Shown here: piece after piece, positions 48,997-58,738 of the stretch
Layout: each line of letters begins with the position of its first letter
Position numbering within the stretch: position 1 is the first letter of the stretch
Assembly: GCA_011364965.1 (NCBI GenBank)
Contig: RDOB01000006.1
Span: 96,001 to 160,000 of the forward strand
Origin: Candidatus Heimdallarchaeota archaeon
Lineage (GTDB): Archaea > Asgardarchaeota > Heimdallarchaeia > Hodarchaeales > Hodarchaeaceae
Direction: 5' to 3'
DNA: 64,000 nt
The notes under the pieces: model-generated
The model's database searches: none
Seen by the model: only the letters and a program-made list of their open reading frames with translations
Told to the model about the DNA's origin: nothing
Program-made: the position numbers and the translations under genes

Positions 48997-49878
48997 CTAA
49001 CTTAATTCACCTATAGATTGATTTTCAACTATTTTTATGATAGAATTTATAATTTTAAATCCCGTATAAAGGGTTTTATTAGCAACATCCTTTTCCGGAT
49101 TAAAAGCCGTAAGAGCTGCAGCTTTAATCTGAATGTTATCACCAATTAGCATAAGGGCTTCCTCCATTTCATTTAGAAGGAATCCCTCAGATGTAGGAAA
49201 GTCAACACCAGGGGCAACTGACGGATCAAGCACATCTATATCAATATGGAGATACACTTGCTGAGTTTGGGACTTTAATTCCATTAACTTCGGTAGAAGA
49301 CCATGCGTTATTCCTCTCTTCTTCAATATGATATTATTAACTGTAAGAACCTCAGTACTTTCAAGTAATTTCCGTTCTCCAAGATCCAAATCACGTGCTC
49401 CTATGAGTAATGTACAAGCCTCTTGAATCGGGTGCATATTCTCAATTATATTATTTATATCCTGAAAACATTGACCTGTTGCAATAGCTAACCCCATGCC
49501 ATCAAGAAAACCACTAGGAGTTGTTTCTGGAGTATTAAAATCCCCATGGGCATCGAACCAGATAATTCCTGGTTTTGGTTTATTAAATCCTGCTAGTGTT
49601 CCTAGGCAAGTGTTGCAATTCCCTCCGAGAATGAAAGGAAAGAATCCTTCTTTCAATGTTTTTTTGATAATTTTTCCCAAAGCATTATTTAAAACAGCAA
49701 TGGTTTTCAACTGGTTCCTATATTGTTTAAAAAGTTGTATTTTCTCAACCTTTATCTGATGACCTTGATCCTTCAAATTTTGATCAATTCTTGCGTCTAA
49801 AAATTTTATGGGTCCCTTTCCCATACCAATATTCTCTTTATCCAAATGAAATGGAACTTGAATGAGAGCGATCTTCAA
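48997..49878 (-). CDS. Arginase/ureohydrolase family protein
   Basis: GGNC, WFDAHGDFNTPETT, HIDIDVLDP. Confidence 0.88.
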   Translation of the reverse strand: MKIALIQVPFHLDKENIGMGKGPIKFLDARIDQNLKDQGHQIKVEKIQLFKQYRNQLKTIAVLNNALGKIIKKTLKEGFFPFILGGNCNTCLGTLAGFNKPKPGIIWFDAHGDFNTPETTPSGFLDGMGLAIATGQCFQDINNIIENMHPIQEACTLLIGARDLDLGERKLLESTEVLTVNNIILKKRGITHGLLPKLMELKSQTQQVYLHIDIDVLDPSVAPGVDFPTSEGFLLNEMEEALMLIGDNIQIKAAALTAFNPEKDVANKTLYTGFKIINSIIKIVENQSIGELS

Positions 49879-50007
49879 AACTTCGTTACCTCCAAGATTA
49901 AAGTTAATAATTCCATTATTTTTTCCATGTGAGAATTAATGTTCCACTAGAATTAGTTTTTGTTCTTATGGTATAAATTATATTAATTAATCTTCCTGAT
50001 TTGAAAA

Positions 50008-50156
50008 CTGATCTACAGTTTGAGGAGGAGAAATGGACTGAAGTTGAGCACGGTTTCCGCCGTATGAACGGTTACATATTCGCAGACGGATGAAAGAAGT
50101 GGACTAAGAGACTTTAGTTGGAGATTGACGCAATGGAATTTGAATTAGCCCGTTGA
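50008..50156 (+). mobile_element. Possible IS256-like transposase C-terminal relic
   Basis: WTEVEHGFRRMNGY resembles the E..FRR..GY tail of IS256-family transposases; short and degraded. Confidence 0.3.
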
Positions 50157-50555
50157 GCTACTGAAACTATCTTCATTGTCGACCAATCTCACTATACCCT
50201 CACCTGCGCTGATCTACAGGGGCTCACCCACAAAACTGGTCAATTAACCCACCATACTGTTCTTGGTGATAAGCTGCTCTTTCAAAACACCCAGCAACTG
50301 GTCGTAGCTCCCGATATCCCTTGTGGCCTCTTTGCTAGCTATGTCCGGAAGTTAACCCGCATTACGCGCTGCGTGGTGCCCTATTTTTTTTCTGGTCTTA
50401 GCGCAGAAAATCGCCCAGCAGTCTGCGCTGATAGCTTCAGATGTCATCTGTTCTTCTTGATTTTTAGATTTCTGAAGTCTTTTCATGATAATTCTGTAAT
50501 TTCATGTTACCTTCATTATCCAATGTATTTCACGTGGAACAATGCAAACTTTTAA
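50157..50555 (+). pseudogene. 5'-truncated paralog of 50841-51695
   Basis: TLTCADLQGL...LLFQNTQQLVVAPDIPCGLFASYVRKLTRITRCVVP aligns with EISEDDLIDL..IRFVDIDRLTFAPDITRQAFKKIKELRRIELVLIP; no start codon. Confidence 0.55.
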
Positions 50556-50612
50556 AAACTCTGTTAACATAGTTATACATAGTCAACTATATTTTTTAGG
50601 TTGTTGTGAATT

Positions 50613-50813
50613 GTGATGTTTAACCGTCTGAAGTCTGATTTGCATGTTTTTGACCCCGAAAAATACCTCCTCATGGCCAAAGCCGTGGTAGAGAACCATC
50701 AACCGGTCTCTGCTCCTCAAATAGCTTCCCCTCCCCCATCGTCCCATCCTTCTCAGATGGTTTCCCCTTCTCCCAAAGAATTAGTTGTTTTCCATGTTTT
50801 ACGTCATATTTAA
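50613..50813 (+). CDS. Possible small Pro/Ser-rich protein
   Basis: 66-aa ORF 27 bp upstream of the next gene with similar base composition. Confidence 0.35.
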   Translation: MMFNRLKSDLHVFDPEKYLLMAKAVVENHQPVSAPQIASPPPSSHPSQMVSPSPKELVVFHVLRHI

Positions 50814-50840
50814 CGATTTTATTGTACAGGTGATGTTCTT

Positions 50841-51695
50841 TTGATGTTTGATGCTTTTGAAGATGAAAACGAAGATTTAGACGAAGATGAAGATGATGAC
50901 GATGAATGGGTGGATGAAGAGTACGTGCATGATGAGGATTCTGTTGATCATATAAAACGCCGCGTTCAGGCTGCAGCCCGTGAATATCGTCGTGCTGCCC
51001 CTCCTAAACCTCCTAGACCTCCTGTACCTCCTCTCCCTCCCAAGGTTCCTGAGGTTATTGGCATCCGTGGGTTGGATTATCGTAAATATAAGCTTGTGGC
51101 CAAGCGTGCCAAAGCACAGGGTAAAACTATTTCCGAGCTCCTCAATGAGATTCTCGACCAGTATTTATCTGAGGAAGAAGGGTACATTGGGGAAATTGAG
51201 GCTTTAGAGATTTCTGAAGATGATCTGATCGACCTTGAGGAAAACATTCGTTTTGTTGACATTGATCGTCTAACTTTTGCCCCTGATATTACTCGTCAGG
51301 CCTTTAAAAAGATCAAAGAATTACGACGGATTGAACTCGTCCTTATTCCCTCCCATTTGTATCTTTTAGCTAGTAAAATCGCTCGAGATTGCACCATTGA
51401 GAAGTATACCGAAGATGCGCCTTCTATTGTCGAAAAGACCTTTAATGGTGATGTCACTTTGCCTCGGGAGTTTTTTCAGGTTTTTCATGAGAGGAATGAG
51501 CAGCTTAAGCTCCGTGTTTATGGTTCTCTTACTTTGAATCATGATGTGATACGTGACGAATTTGCCTCTGTTGTTCATACTCTCGATGTTGATGAGGATA
51601 TCTATTGTCCCCAGCATCTCATTGGGATGGTTTATGCCATGCCTGGCCGTGTTGATGGGGAAATTATTTTGTCCCGTCCCTCTGATGATTCTTAA
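50841..51695 (+). CDS. Hypothetical protein: acidic N-terminus, Pro-rich linker, RHH-like domain, C-terminal repeats
   Basis: DEDEDDDDE; PPKPPRPPVPPLPP; IRGLDYRKYKLVAKRAKAQGKTISELLNEIL. Confidence 0.75.
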   Translation: MMFDAFEDENEDLDEDEDDDDEWVDEEYVHDEDSVDHIKRRVQAAAREYRRAAPPKPPRPPVPPLPPKVPEVIGIRGLDYRKYKLVAKRAKAQGKTISELLNEILDQYLSEEEGYIGEIEALEISEDDLIDLEENIRFVDIDRLTFAPDITRQAFKKIKELRRIELVLIPSHLYLLASKIARDCTIEKYTEDAPSIVEKTFNGDVTLPREFFQVFHERNEQLKLRVYGSLTLNHDVIRDEFASVVHTLDVDEDIYCPQHLIGMVYAMPGRVDGEIILSRPSDDS

Positions 51696-51812
51696 TGATC
51701 TTTTTCCTCCCACTTCTGCAAATACGGCTGGAAGCATCAATCACTGAACTGATGTACTTCCTTTTTTTGGCCTCCGATCAAGATGAATGAATGCTCCCAG
51801 TACCTAAAAATC

Positions 51813-52730
51813 CTACTTCTCCTTTATTTTTCTTCCTTTCTTCCAGAGGGATATCCAGATACTTGATATTAAAACTATGAATCCTGGATATGACACAATG
51901 CCCCCTGCTTTCTTCGTTAACCAATGAATCTTTAGGTATAACCCATCAGGCTGCCAATCTGTAAATGCAGCTGATAGAACCATAAAATCAGTTGTGTGGA
52001 TTACTTGAGAATCAACTTCAGTTTGTTTGTTATTAAAGTCGATTCCGTTTATTTCTCCTGTTTCATACTCTTCATTTTTTATCCTGAATTCAAAATAAGC
52101 GCTGTCTAATGTATGGTTCCACCATCGTGTGGATCCTATGATGTATCTGAACTCATTATAATAGTACTTGGATTCATCAGGATGATTAGTTCGATAAGCG
52201 TACTCTCGCTGATAAGTTGTAGAGAGAGTGATCTCTTCCAGCCCCGTGAAAGTAAGTTGAAATTGGATTACATCTGCGATTTGAATTGAGGTTACATGCA
52301 TCGTGCTTAAATTAATTGGGATCATTAAAGAGTCATCTGTCGAATGGTCACTATAAGGAATCTCATACAACTCAATATGCGTTATATTTTCTCCTGCTCG
52401 GGTGAGACTGATATTTGTGGGGATATTCGCAAATGGGAGTAGTATCTGAAGTGTGGTTGTATTTTGAGACAGATTTTCGAATGTGTAATTAGCATTTATC
52501 GTTGCGAGGTCTGGATAAAATGTTACATTAATTATTTCGGATTTTAAATAAGCTGGAAATGTTTGGTTCCAGAATATCTGCGTGGAATTGACAGGAAAAG
52601 GTGAACCTTCAGGCTGCAAATCCCAAAAGGCAGGAAGGGGGTTCGAGGTGACAGTTCTAGGATGCCAAATGAACCCAAAAATGATCAGTATTATGAAAAG
52701 CTCATTCCAACGCATATAAATATTATTCAT
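51813..52730 (-). CDS. Secreted surface protein with PGF-like C-terminal anchor
   Basis: Signal peptide, many N-x-S/T sequons, YPGF-hydrophobic-KKGRK. Confidence 0.7.
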   Translation of the reverse strand: MNNIYMRWNELFIILIIFGFIWHPRTVTSNPLPAFWDLQPEGSPFPVNSTQIFWNQTFPAYLKSEIINVTFYPDLATINANYTFENLSQNTTTLQILLPFANIPTNISLTRAGENITHIELYEIPYSDHSTDDSLMIPINLSTMHVTSIQIADVIQFQLTFTGLEEITLSTTYQREYAYRTNHPDESKYYYNEFRYIIGSTRWWNHTLDSAYFEFRIKNEEYETGEINGIDFNNKQTEVDSQVIHTTDFMVLSAAFTDWQPDGLYLKIHWLTKKAGGIVSYPGFIVLISSIWISLWKKGRKIKEK

Positions 52731-52832
52731 GACAGATGTTAATAAAGTTTAAGAAGAGTGAAAGAAAGATCTTTGCTCTAATGATTTTGTATGTATTTTT
52801 TATCTTTCCGATCATTTGGTGCCGTATTTATT

Positions 52833-53855
52833 CTATTCTTCTTTCTCTAAGCAGGTAATTATTTTTGGAGCGCTAAAGCATTTATTACAGGAGATGCAAT
52901 CCGCTTGTTTCTTTCCCTTCTGGAATTTTTTAACTAAATCTGGTTCTCTGATAAATGGTCGACTGAGAGAAATAAAATCTGCATAGTCCTGACGGATCTT
53001 TTGAATCGTGTGTATGGATCGAAGTCCTCCCACTACGGACAGCGGTGTGTCCCCTATTTGTTCTTTTATCCTCTTGGCGTTTTTCGTAAAATATCCTTCT
53101 TCCTCAAATTTCGTTCGTGTAGATTGATTCCCACTTACTTCAATCGCATTGATTCCCGCGTCTGCTAACCATCTCGTGACTTTACATGCTTCTTCCACAG
53201 GAAATCCTTCCCGTGGTTCGTCTGAATTATTGATTTTTACTAGCACTGGGTAATTAGAACCTGTTTGAGACCGAATTTCACGATAAATTTCGAGGAGGAG
53301 TTTTACTTTATTTTCCAATCTTCCACCCCATGAGTCCTGTCTTTGATTACTTTTACTAGATAAAAATTGGCTTACTAAATATCCATGAGCAGCATGGATC
53401 TGAACAGCATCATACCCAATTTGTTTCGCTTTCAATGCTGCGCTTCCAAAGCTTTTTATTACGGATTCGATGTCATCTTCCGTCATCATGTAGCCTTCTT
53501 TTCCATCAAGGACGGATGGAGCTTTTTTAGAAACTGAATGAATCCCTCCATGGTTTAATTGCGCTGCAACCTTACTATCACTATTTGTACCATGAATAGT
53601 GCTCACAATTTGCTTAAGTCCCTTTAAGTGATAATCATGGACAATACCTGCCATTTTTTCATGGGCTTTTCCTTCATCCATTATATAGAGATGTCCTTGA
53701 ATGATCAGACCCACTTTTCCTCTGGCTAAATCCTTATATAACTCGTAATATTCATCTATTACTGTACCATCTGGATTTGCACCAAATTCAGCTGTTGCTG
53801 ATCGGATAAAGCGGTTAGGGACTTTCATTGTTCCTATTCGTCCAGGTGTAAACAT
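52833..53855 (-). CDS. NADH:flavin oxidoreductase (Old Yellow Enzyme family)
   Basis: NRFIRSAT, QLNHGG, QIHAAHGYLVSQFLS, SRPFIREP, CISCNKC. Confidence 0.93.
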   Translation of the reverse strand: MFTPGRIGTMKVPNRFIRSATAEFGANPDGTVIDEYYELYKDLARGKVGLIIQGHLYIMDEGKAHEKMAGIVHDYHLKGLKQIVSTIHGTNSDSKVAAQLNHGGIHSVSKKAPSVLDGKEGYMMTEDDIESVIKSFGSAALKAKQIGYDAVQIHAAHGYLVSQFLSSKSNQRQDSWGGRLENKVKLLLEIYREIRSQTGSNYPVLVKINNSDEPREGFPVEEACKVTRWLADAGINAIEVSGNQSTRTKFEEEGYFTKNAKRIKEQIGDTPLSVVGGLRSIHTIQKIRQDYADFISLSRPFIREPDLVKKFQKGKKQADCISCNKCFSAPKIITCLEKEE

Positions 53856-53905
53856 ATCTAAACGCTTGGTTCTACATGTTAAAATAAGTTATTGAGGTAG
53901 ATATT

Positions 53906-54340
53906 TTATGTAGAAAGCCTGTTTAATTCCGCTACACAGGTTTCATAGATTGTTTGTCCTTTATTCAAAGCTATCGGTGCATATTCTTTGAAATGATCTT
54001 CATTCAAATCCTCTTCAAATCCATATCCTGCTAAATGACGTTGTTCTGTTAATTGAACTAACCATTCAGAAAATTTTGATATTGATTGGCGAAACTCCTC
54101 GCTTAGTTCCTCTTTACTAGGTAATAGAGAGAATGGGACACTTATATCATGAACACGTTTGTAGCTGACTCCCATGGCTAATAAGATGCCTTTCATTGAT
54201 TGTTCTGCCCCCATTTGTGCACTATAAACAACATCATTCCATCTTTTTTCTTCAAGAGCAACTTCAGCATTTCGCATCCAGTCTTTTGCCCTTTTCAATG
54301 CTTTATGGGCAATTCTTAGTGATTGTCTTGAATAATCCAC
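53906..54340 (-). CDS. HEPN domain protein
   Basis: AQMGAEQSMKGIL, VHDI, RHLAGY. Confidence 0.88.
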   Translation of the reverse strand: MDYSRQSLRIAHKALKRAKDWMRNAEVALEEKRWNDVVYSAQMGAEQSMKGILLAMGVSYKRVHDISVPFSLLPSKEELSEEFRQSISKFSEWLVQLTEQRHLAGYGFEEDLNEDHFKEYAPIALNKGQTIYETCVAELNRLST

Positions 54341-55023
54341 ATTTTTTCACCTGTAGGGGTTTCTATGTAAATTTTCCTTTTTTTTACTAGATCCTTTTTT
54401 ATCAAAGCAAATAAATTCGTCATGTAATCGTTTCTTTCCCATAAAATAATTCCAGTTCTCTGAATATCTGGAAAAATTGCATGATCGCGTTCTAATTCTT
54501 CTTCTGCGAGTGGATAATAGGATACTGGAATGTCAAAAATATCTTTCATTTTTGCTAGTGTTCTTCTTCTCAGTCGATAGAGCTCTGTTGATCGCTCCCA
54601 TGTTGGTTGATCCCATTTTTTTACAATTATCAAAATATCGATATCACTTTCAGGGTGCCAGTTTGTTGTTGAAGAGCCAAATAGTGCAATTCCGAGTAGA
54701 TTTTTATTAAAATACTGGACTAAATCTAGAATATGGTAAAATAAAAACTCCTGAATTTCTTCTCTGGGAATGTGCTTAATAGTTTCCGACACATGAAAAA
54801 GCTGGTCAACTTCCTCAATTATCGTATTAAACACGTTTCCTTTCTCTGTAAGGTGGTAGATCTTCCTTTTCCTTTCTAGTAATCCTTCTTTTGTTGCTAT
54901 TTCAAGATATTTTGCTAAGGTTTTGGCATTAAAATCCTTTCTTAACTCTGAGAAAGTAAGAGGAGATGTATTTTGAAAATATCGAGTAAGATTCCAGATA
55001 CGAGGAAAAATGTATTTATTCAT
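54316..55023 (-). CDS. Winged-HTH fused to minimal nucleotidyltransferase (MNT)
   Basis: TFSELRK...YHLTEKG wHTH; LFGS..ESDIDILII. Confidence 0.85.
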   Translation of the reverse strand: MNKYIFPRIWNLTRYFQNTSPLTFSELRKDFNAKTLAKYLEIATKEGLLERKRKIYHLTEKGNVFNTIIEEVDQLFHVSETIKHIPREEIQEFLFYHILDLVQYFNKNLLGIALFGSSTTNWHPESDIDILIIVKKWDQPTWERSTELYRLRRRTLAKMKDIFDIPVSYYPLAEEELERDHAIFPDIQRTGIILWERNDYMTNLFALIKKDLVKKRKIYIETPTGEKMWIIQDNH

Positions 55024-55203
55024 AGTGTACTATTCTATACTAAGTTTATAAATGTTTACATATTATAATGAATTATGCAAATTTAACCCTTATTGATACC
55101 AATTTTGTAAATAAGGGTATCGTCTCCTTCGTCTAGAACAGAGAGTGATATATTTTTGAGAATTCCAGTATTTTGGATCCTTTACTTAAGATTTCAATCT
55201 TTT

Positions 55204-56331
55204 CTATCGGTTAATTCGCTTTTTGGTAGCTAGGACTGCTAACTTTAATGTTTCCAAACCATTCATCTCATCGATCACCCGTTGATGAGTAGGATCAAGA
55301 ATATACCTAATTTGGTCACGGATTAATGCTTGAACTGCCTGAGCATATACTTTAAACTTCGGATCAGGTAATTGATAATCAAACCTGAATTCATGGACGT
55401 TTTGGATGTTTTTCCACCGACCTGTCATTTTACTTGGTGTTTTATCATTAATAGAGAGGTTACCTTCTGGACATATGGATTGAAGTATTTGACTGTTTTC
55501 CTTTGTTATATATCCCTGAATTTCAATAGATAATGGAATCCAGCCTTTAATGAGGATATCAGCAGTTTCAAATAAAATCCCGTGAACTTGCCTGTCGAGT
55601 AAATCTGGTTGATCAAATCCATGGTAATGAGATGAAAACACTCCCGAAGCATGTTTCATTGCGCAATAAACCCTATCTTCGATCGCTGTGCCTTCTCTCA
55701 TTAGTCTAGTGGCCCACAAAACTTCCGAGTTACCAAACCAATATTGATATAGGTCAAAGAAATGTACTCCGTGTTCGATAAAGATCCCTCCACTTTGAGT
55801 TGAATCCCAGAACCAATGTTTTGGGTGAAGTTTTTCATCAGCAGCATAGTTTTCAAAATAAGCTCGAATGGGTTTCCCAAACAGCTGGTTATCTATTATT
55901 TCCTTGATAATATCTACAATAGGGACATACCGTAGAATAAAATTTACAGGAAGAATTCGATTCTTTGCTTTAGCTAGGTTCACGAGCTGATTTCCCTCTT
56001 CTATTGAGAGAGCCAGAGGTTTCTCACATAGAACGTGTTTCATTTGTTGAAGAGCTTGGCTTGCGAAGGAAGCATGGGTGTTAGGAGGAGTTGCGATGTG
56101 CACTAGGTCAATTTCGGGATTATTAATGATCTGATCTGGATTAGAATACCACCTCACACCATAAAGATCACCTGTCTCTTTGGCAATCTTTGCATTTGTA
56201 TCAGCAACTGCAATTAATTCTATATCCGAGGTTTTGCTATATGCAGTTAAACAAAATCTACCAAACCATCCACAACCAATTAATCCCATTTTTAAAGGAG
56301 TTTTCGATCGTTTTTCAGGCATATTCATCAT
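55204..56331 (-). CDS. Gfo/Idh/MocA family oxidoreductase
   Basis: GLIGCGWFG, IATPPNTH, HVLCEKPLA, SGGIFIEHGVHFFD. Confidence 0.92.
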   Translation of the reverse strand: MMNMPEKRSKTPLKMGLIGCGWFGRFCLTAYSKTSDIELIAVADTNAKIAKETGDLYGVRWYSNPDQIINNPEIDLVHIATPPNTHASFASQALQQMKHVLCEKPLALSIEEGNQLVNLAKAKNRILPVNFILRYVPIVDIIKEIIDNQLFGKPIRAYFENYAADEKLHPKHWFWDSTQSGGIFIEHGVHFFDLYQYWFGNSEVLWATRLMREGTAIEDRVYCAMKHASGVFSSHYHGFDQPDLLDRQVHGILFETADILIKGWIPLSIEIQGYITKENSQILQSICPEGNLSINDKTPSKMTGRWKNIQNVHEFRFDYQLPDPKFKVYAQAVQALIRDQIRYILDPTHQRVIDEMNGLETLKLAVLATKKRINR

Positions 56332-56390
56332 TAATTATTTATACAAAATCCTTTATTTAAATTAATAAAATTAGTCTGGAATTAAAATTT

Positions 56391-57680
56391 CTACATCTTC
56401 TTGGAAGGAGATGCCTTATATTTCTTTCTTGCTATCAAAATATTTGTGATAATCCCTAAGCTTATGAATATCAGCATCAAATATATATCAGGAGATATAT
56501 AGAAATTTTTCGGAGTAATTAATCCTTCAGGAACTTCCACCAATTGCAGGTTTACGATTTGAAATTGTTCTTTAGAATTCGTTCCATAAACGAACAAGAT
56601 CAAGTCTTTTGAGAGTGTTGTTGAAGAAATATTAAAAGAGAAATAATCAGATCGAATTATTATGTCAGGATAATAAATAGAATTTGGAAATTCGTTTTTT
56701 GTAAGGATAGCAACTCGTGTTGTTTCTCTTGGAATTTTAGTAAAAATAATGATTTCATTTATATCTCCATTTTTGTGATATTTTCCTTTAAGATTACTTC
56801 CTTCTATAGGTTGATCTACATCTTGGTTAGCTTGAAGTTGGAGCAGAAATGTTCTTTCTATTAAGAAATTGCTGTCTATGCTAAACCTGATAGTAAAGGG
56901 TAATATTGTCCAAATTGAATCTTCTGGAAAAGAATATTCAAATGTAGCATAATAGGTTCTTCTATCACTACATATAAGTGAGCATTGATATCCTTCAGTG
57001 AAAATATCAGCAAATCTTAGAAGGGAAGTCTCATTTTGTATTATAATTTCATAATTGTGAGAAATAACATCTCTATTATTGATATTTATTAGAATTTTCC
57101 CAGTGGAAGATGTTTCATTCATTATTGCAGAGTAAGTCGCCAAAACTTCACTATTTGCATACAAAGGATACATTTTCGAAGAAACATGCGATTTGTACAA
57201 GGAGTTAAAATCTCTATAGACCCAAATCCATTCCGTCGCGGAGAAAGCTGTTTCAGAGGTCGTATTGTCGAATAATAAAATATTGAAGGTTTGAACTGAG
57301 GAAAGAAATAATGTATCATTCGTTTCATATCTCATTTGGAATGAAATGTTTATCGATTCCCCCGCTGCTAATATAAAACTCTTTAGATGGTTTTTAAAAG
57401 TTTCAATTCCTCCTAATTCTTTAATAAAGACCATAGATCCATTTATCTTTAAGTTAAAATAACAATTTTCCCCCTCATTCTGTATCTTGATGGATAATCC
57501 AATTTGCTCTCCAATAATTGCTAACTGTTTCTCTAAAGATACCTGGACTTGAACTTGGGTTTTAATCAATTTAGTGGTCTGGAGTTCTGTTTGTAAGGAG
57601 ACTTTTTCTACAATTAAAGATGAAGTTACCAATGTTGCAAACACTAGCACTAGAAAAAAACCAAACCAGTGCTTCTTCAT
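56391..57680 (-). CDS. Secreted, C-terminally anchored hypothetical protein
   Basis: Signal peptide, Ig-like beta segments, C-terminal TM plus RKKYK. Confidence 0.7.
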   Translation of the reverse strand: MKKHWFGFFLVLVFATLVTSSLIVEKVSLQTELQTTKLIKTQVQVQVSLEKQLAIIGEQIGLSIKIQNEGENCYFNLKINGSMVFIKELGGIETFKNHLKSFILAAGESINISFQMRYETNDTLFLSSVQTFNILLFDNTTSETAFSATEWIWVYRDFNSLYKSHVSSKMYPLYANSEVLATYSAIMNETSSTGKILININNRDVISHNYEIIIQNETSLLRFADIFTEGYQCSLICSDRRTYYATFEYSFPEDSIWTILPFTIRFSIDSNFLIERTFLLQLQANQDVDQPIEGSNLKGKYHKNGDINEIIIFTKIPRETTRVAILTKNEFPNSIYYPDIIIRSDYFSFNISSTTLSKDLILFVYGTNSKEQFQIVNLQLVEVPEGLITPKNFYISPDIYLMLIFISLGIITNILIARKKYKASPSKKM

Positions 57681-58534
57681 TTTGAATACCTTCTCCTTAT
57701 TAGCAATATATTTACTAGAAATAAGCTTAATAGAGTTAAAGGAGGATCCAGAAAAGGTACAGAGTCATTTTTTATTAATTGGATGACTAGTTCATTTAAT
57801 CCTTCTGTTATTTTGTATGAATGATTCGCAATCGGAAAATTAAATCGCTCTGTAGAGGGATATGTCATCTGTTGAATTATTCCTGTTCTAGCATCATAAG
57901 CAAGATCAAAGACGTACGTTTCTAATCCAATATTATTAGAAAGGAAATTTGATGTAGTTACATGCCCTGAAACAATAGTTCCTGTTTTCCCATTTCTACC
58001 AATATTAGATAATGATCCGTTTTCTATATCGCAATTCCAAATTAATTCGCTAAACTCCAAAGGTAAATCTGCACTTGGAAGTTGATAGCTATTAAACCAT
58101 AGCCTTTCTAAAGCATTGAGACCTGAATCTTCTACTCCCAATGAATTAATAATATATAGAGGCGCTATTAAAAAGTTGAAGAACGATTCATTTTTTGAAT
58201 TATTCAAGATTCTTGATCCTACCTGAACTTGAATCCCTGAATAATTCAATGCTTGATTTATGTTTACATCTAATGTTTTACTTGGAAATGTTAACCATTT
58301 CAGGGTTATAAAGTCATTTTGGGACAGCTCTAGAAAGTTAGCCCATTTCCAAATCCAATTTGTTCTATTATCTATCGTTTTGACTGTTTCGATCTTCCAT
58401 CTGAATTCACTCCCCCTTTTGATACTGGAATGAAATTCGACCCCTTCAGTTAATCCTCTAGACGGTGATAAGCTCGATACACTAATTATAAAGATAGCAA
58501 AGAGTAATTTACTATGAATTTTTGCTCTCATCAA
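57677..58534 (-). CDS. Secreted, C-terminally anchored hypothetical protein
   Basis: Signal peptide; YDARTGI; VPF-hydrophobic-RRRYSK. Confidence 0.7.
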   Translation of the reverse strand: MMRAKIHSKLLFAIFIISVSSLSPSRGLTEGVEFHSSIKRGSEFRWKIETVKTIDNRTNWIWKWANFLELSQNDFITLKWLTFPSKTLDVNINQALNYSGIQVQVGSRILNNSKNESFFNFLIAPLYIINSLGVEDSGLNALERLWFNSYQLPSADLPLEFSELIWNCDIENGSLSNIGRNGKTGTIVSGHVTTSNFLSNNIGLETYVFDLAYDARTGIIQQMTYPSTERFNFPIANHSYKITEGLNELVIQLIKNDSVPFLDPPLTLLSLFLVNILLIRRRYSK

Positions 58535-58738
58535 TAAATTCCTCTATTTCGATAATATTCTATCCTTATCTTATCTGTAATTATACGAAAATCCAATTAT
58601 AAATTACCATTATGGAATTAAATTGATAAATCAATAATTAAGATTTAAATAAACTCTCTCTCCTCCTTCGCCATTCTTCAGATCTTTGGTAATTAAAGCT
58701 AAGCTTTTTACTTAATTTACTGATTTTCCTAATTTACA

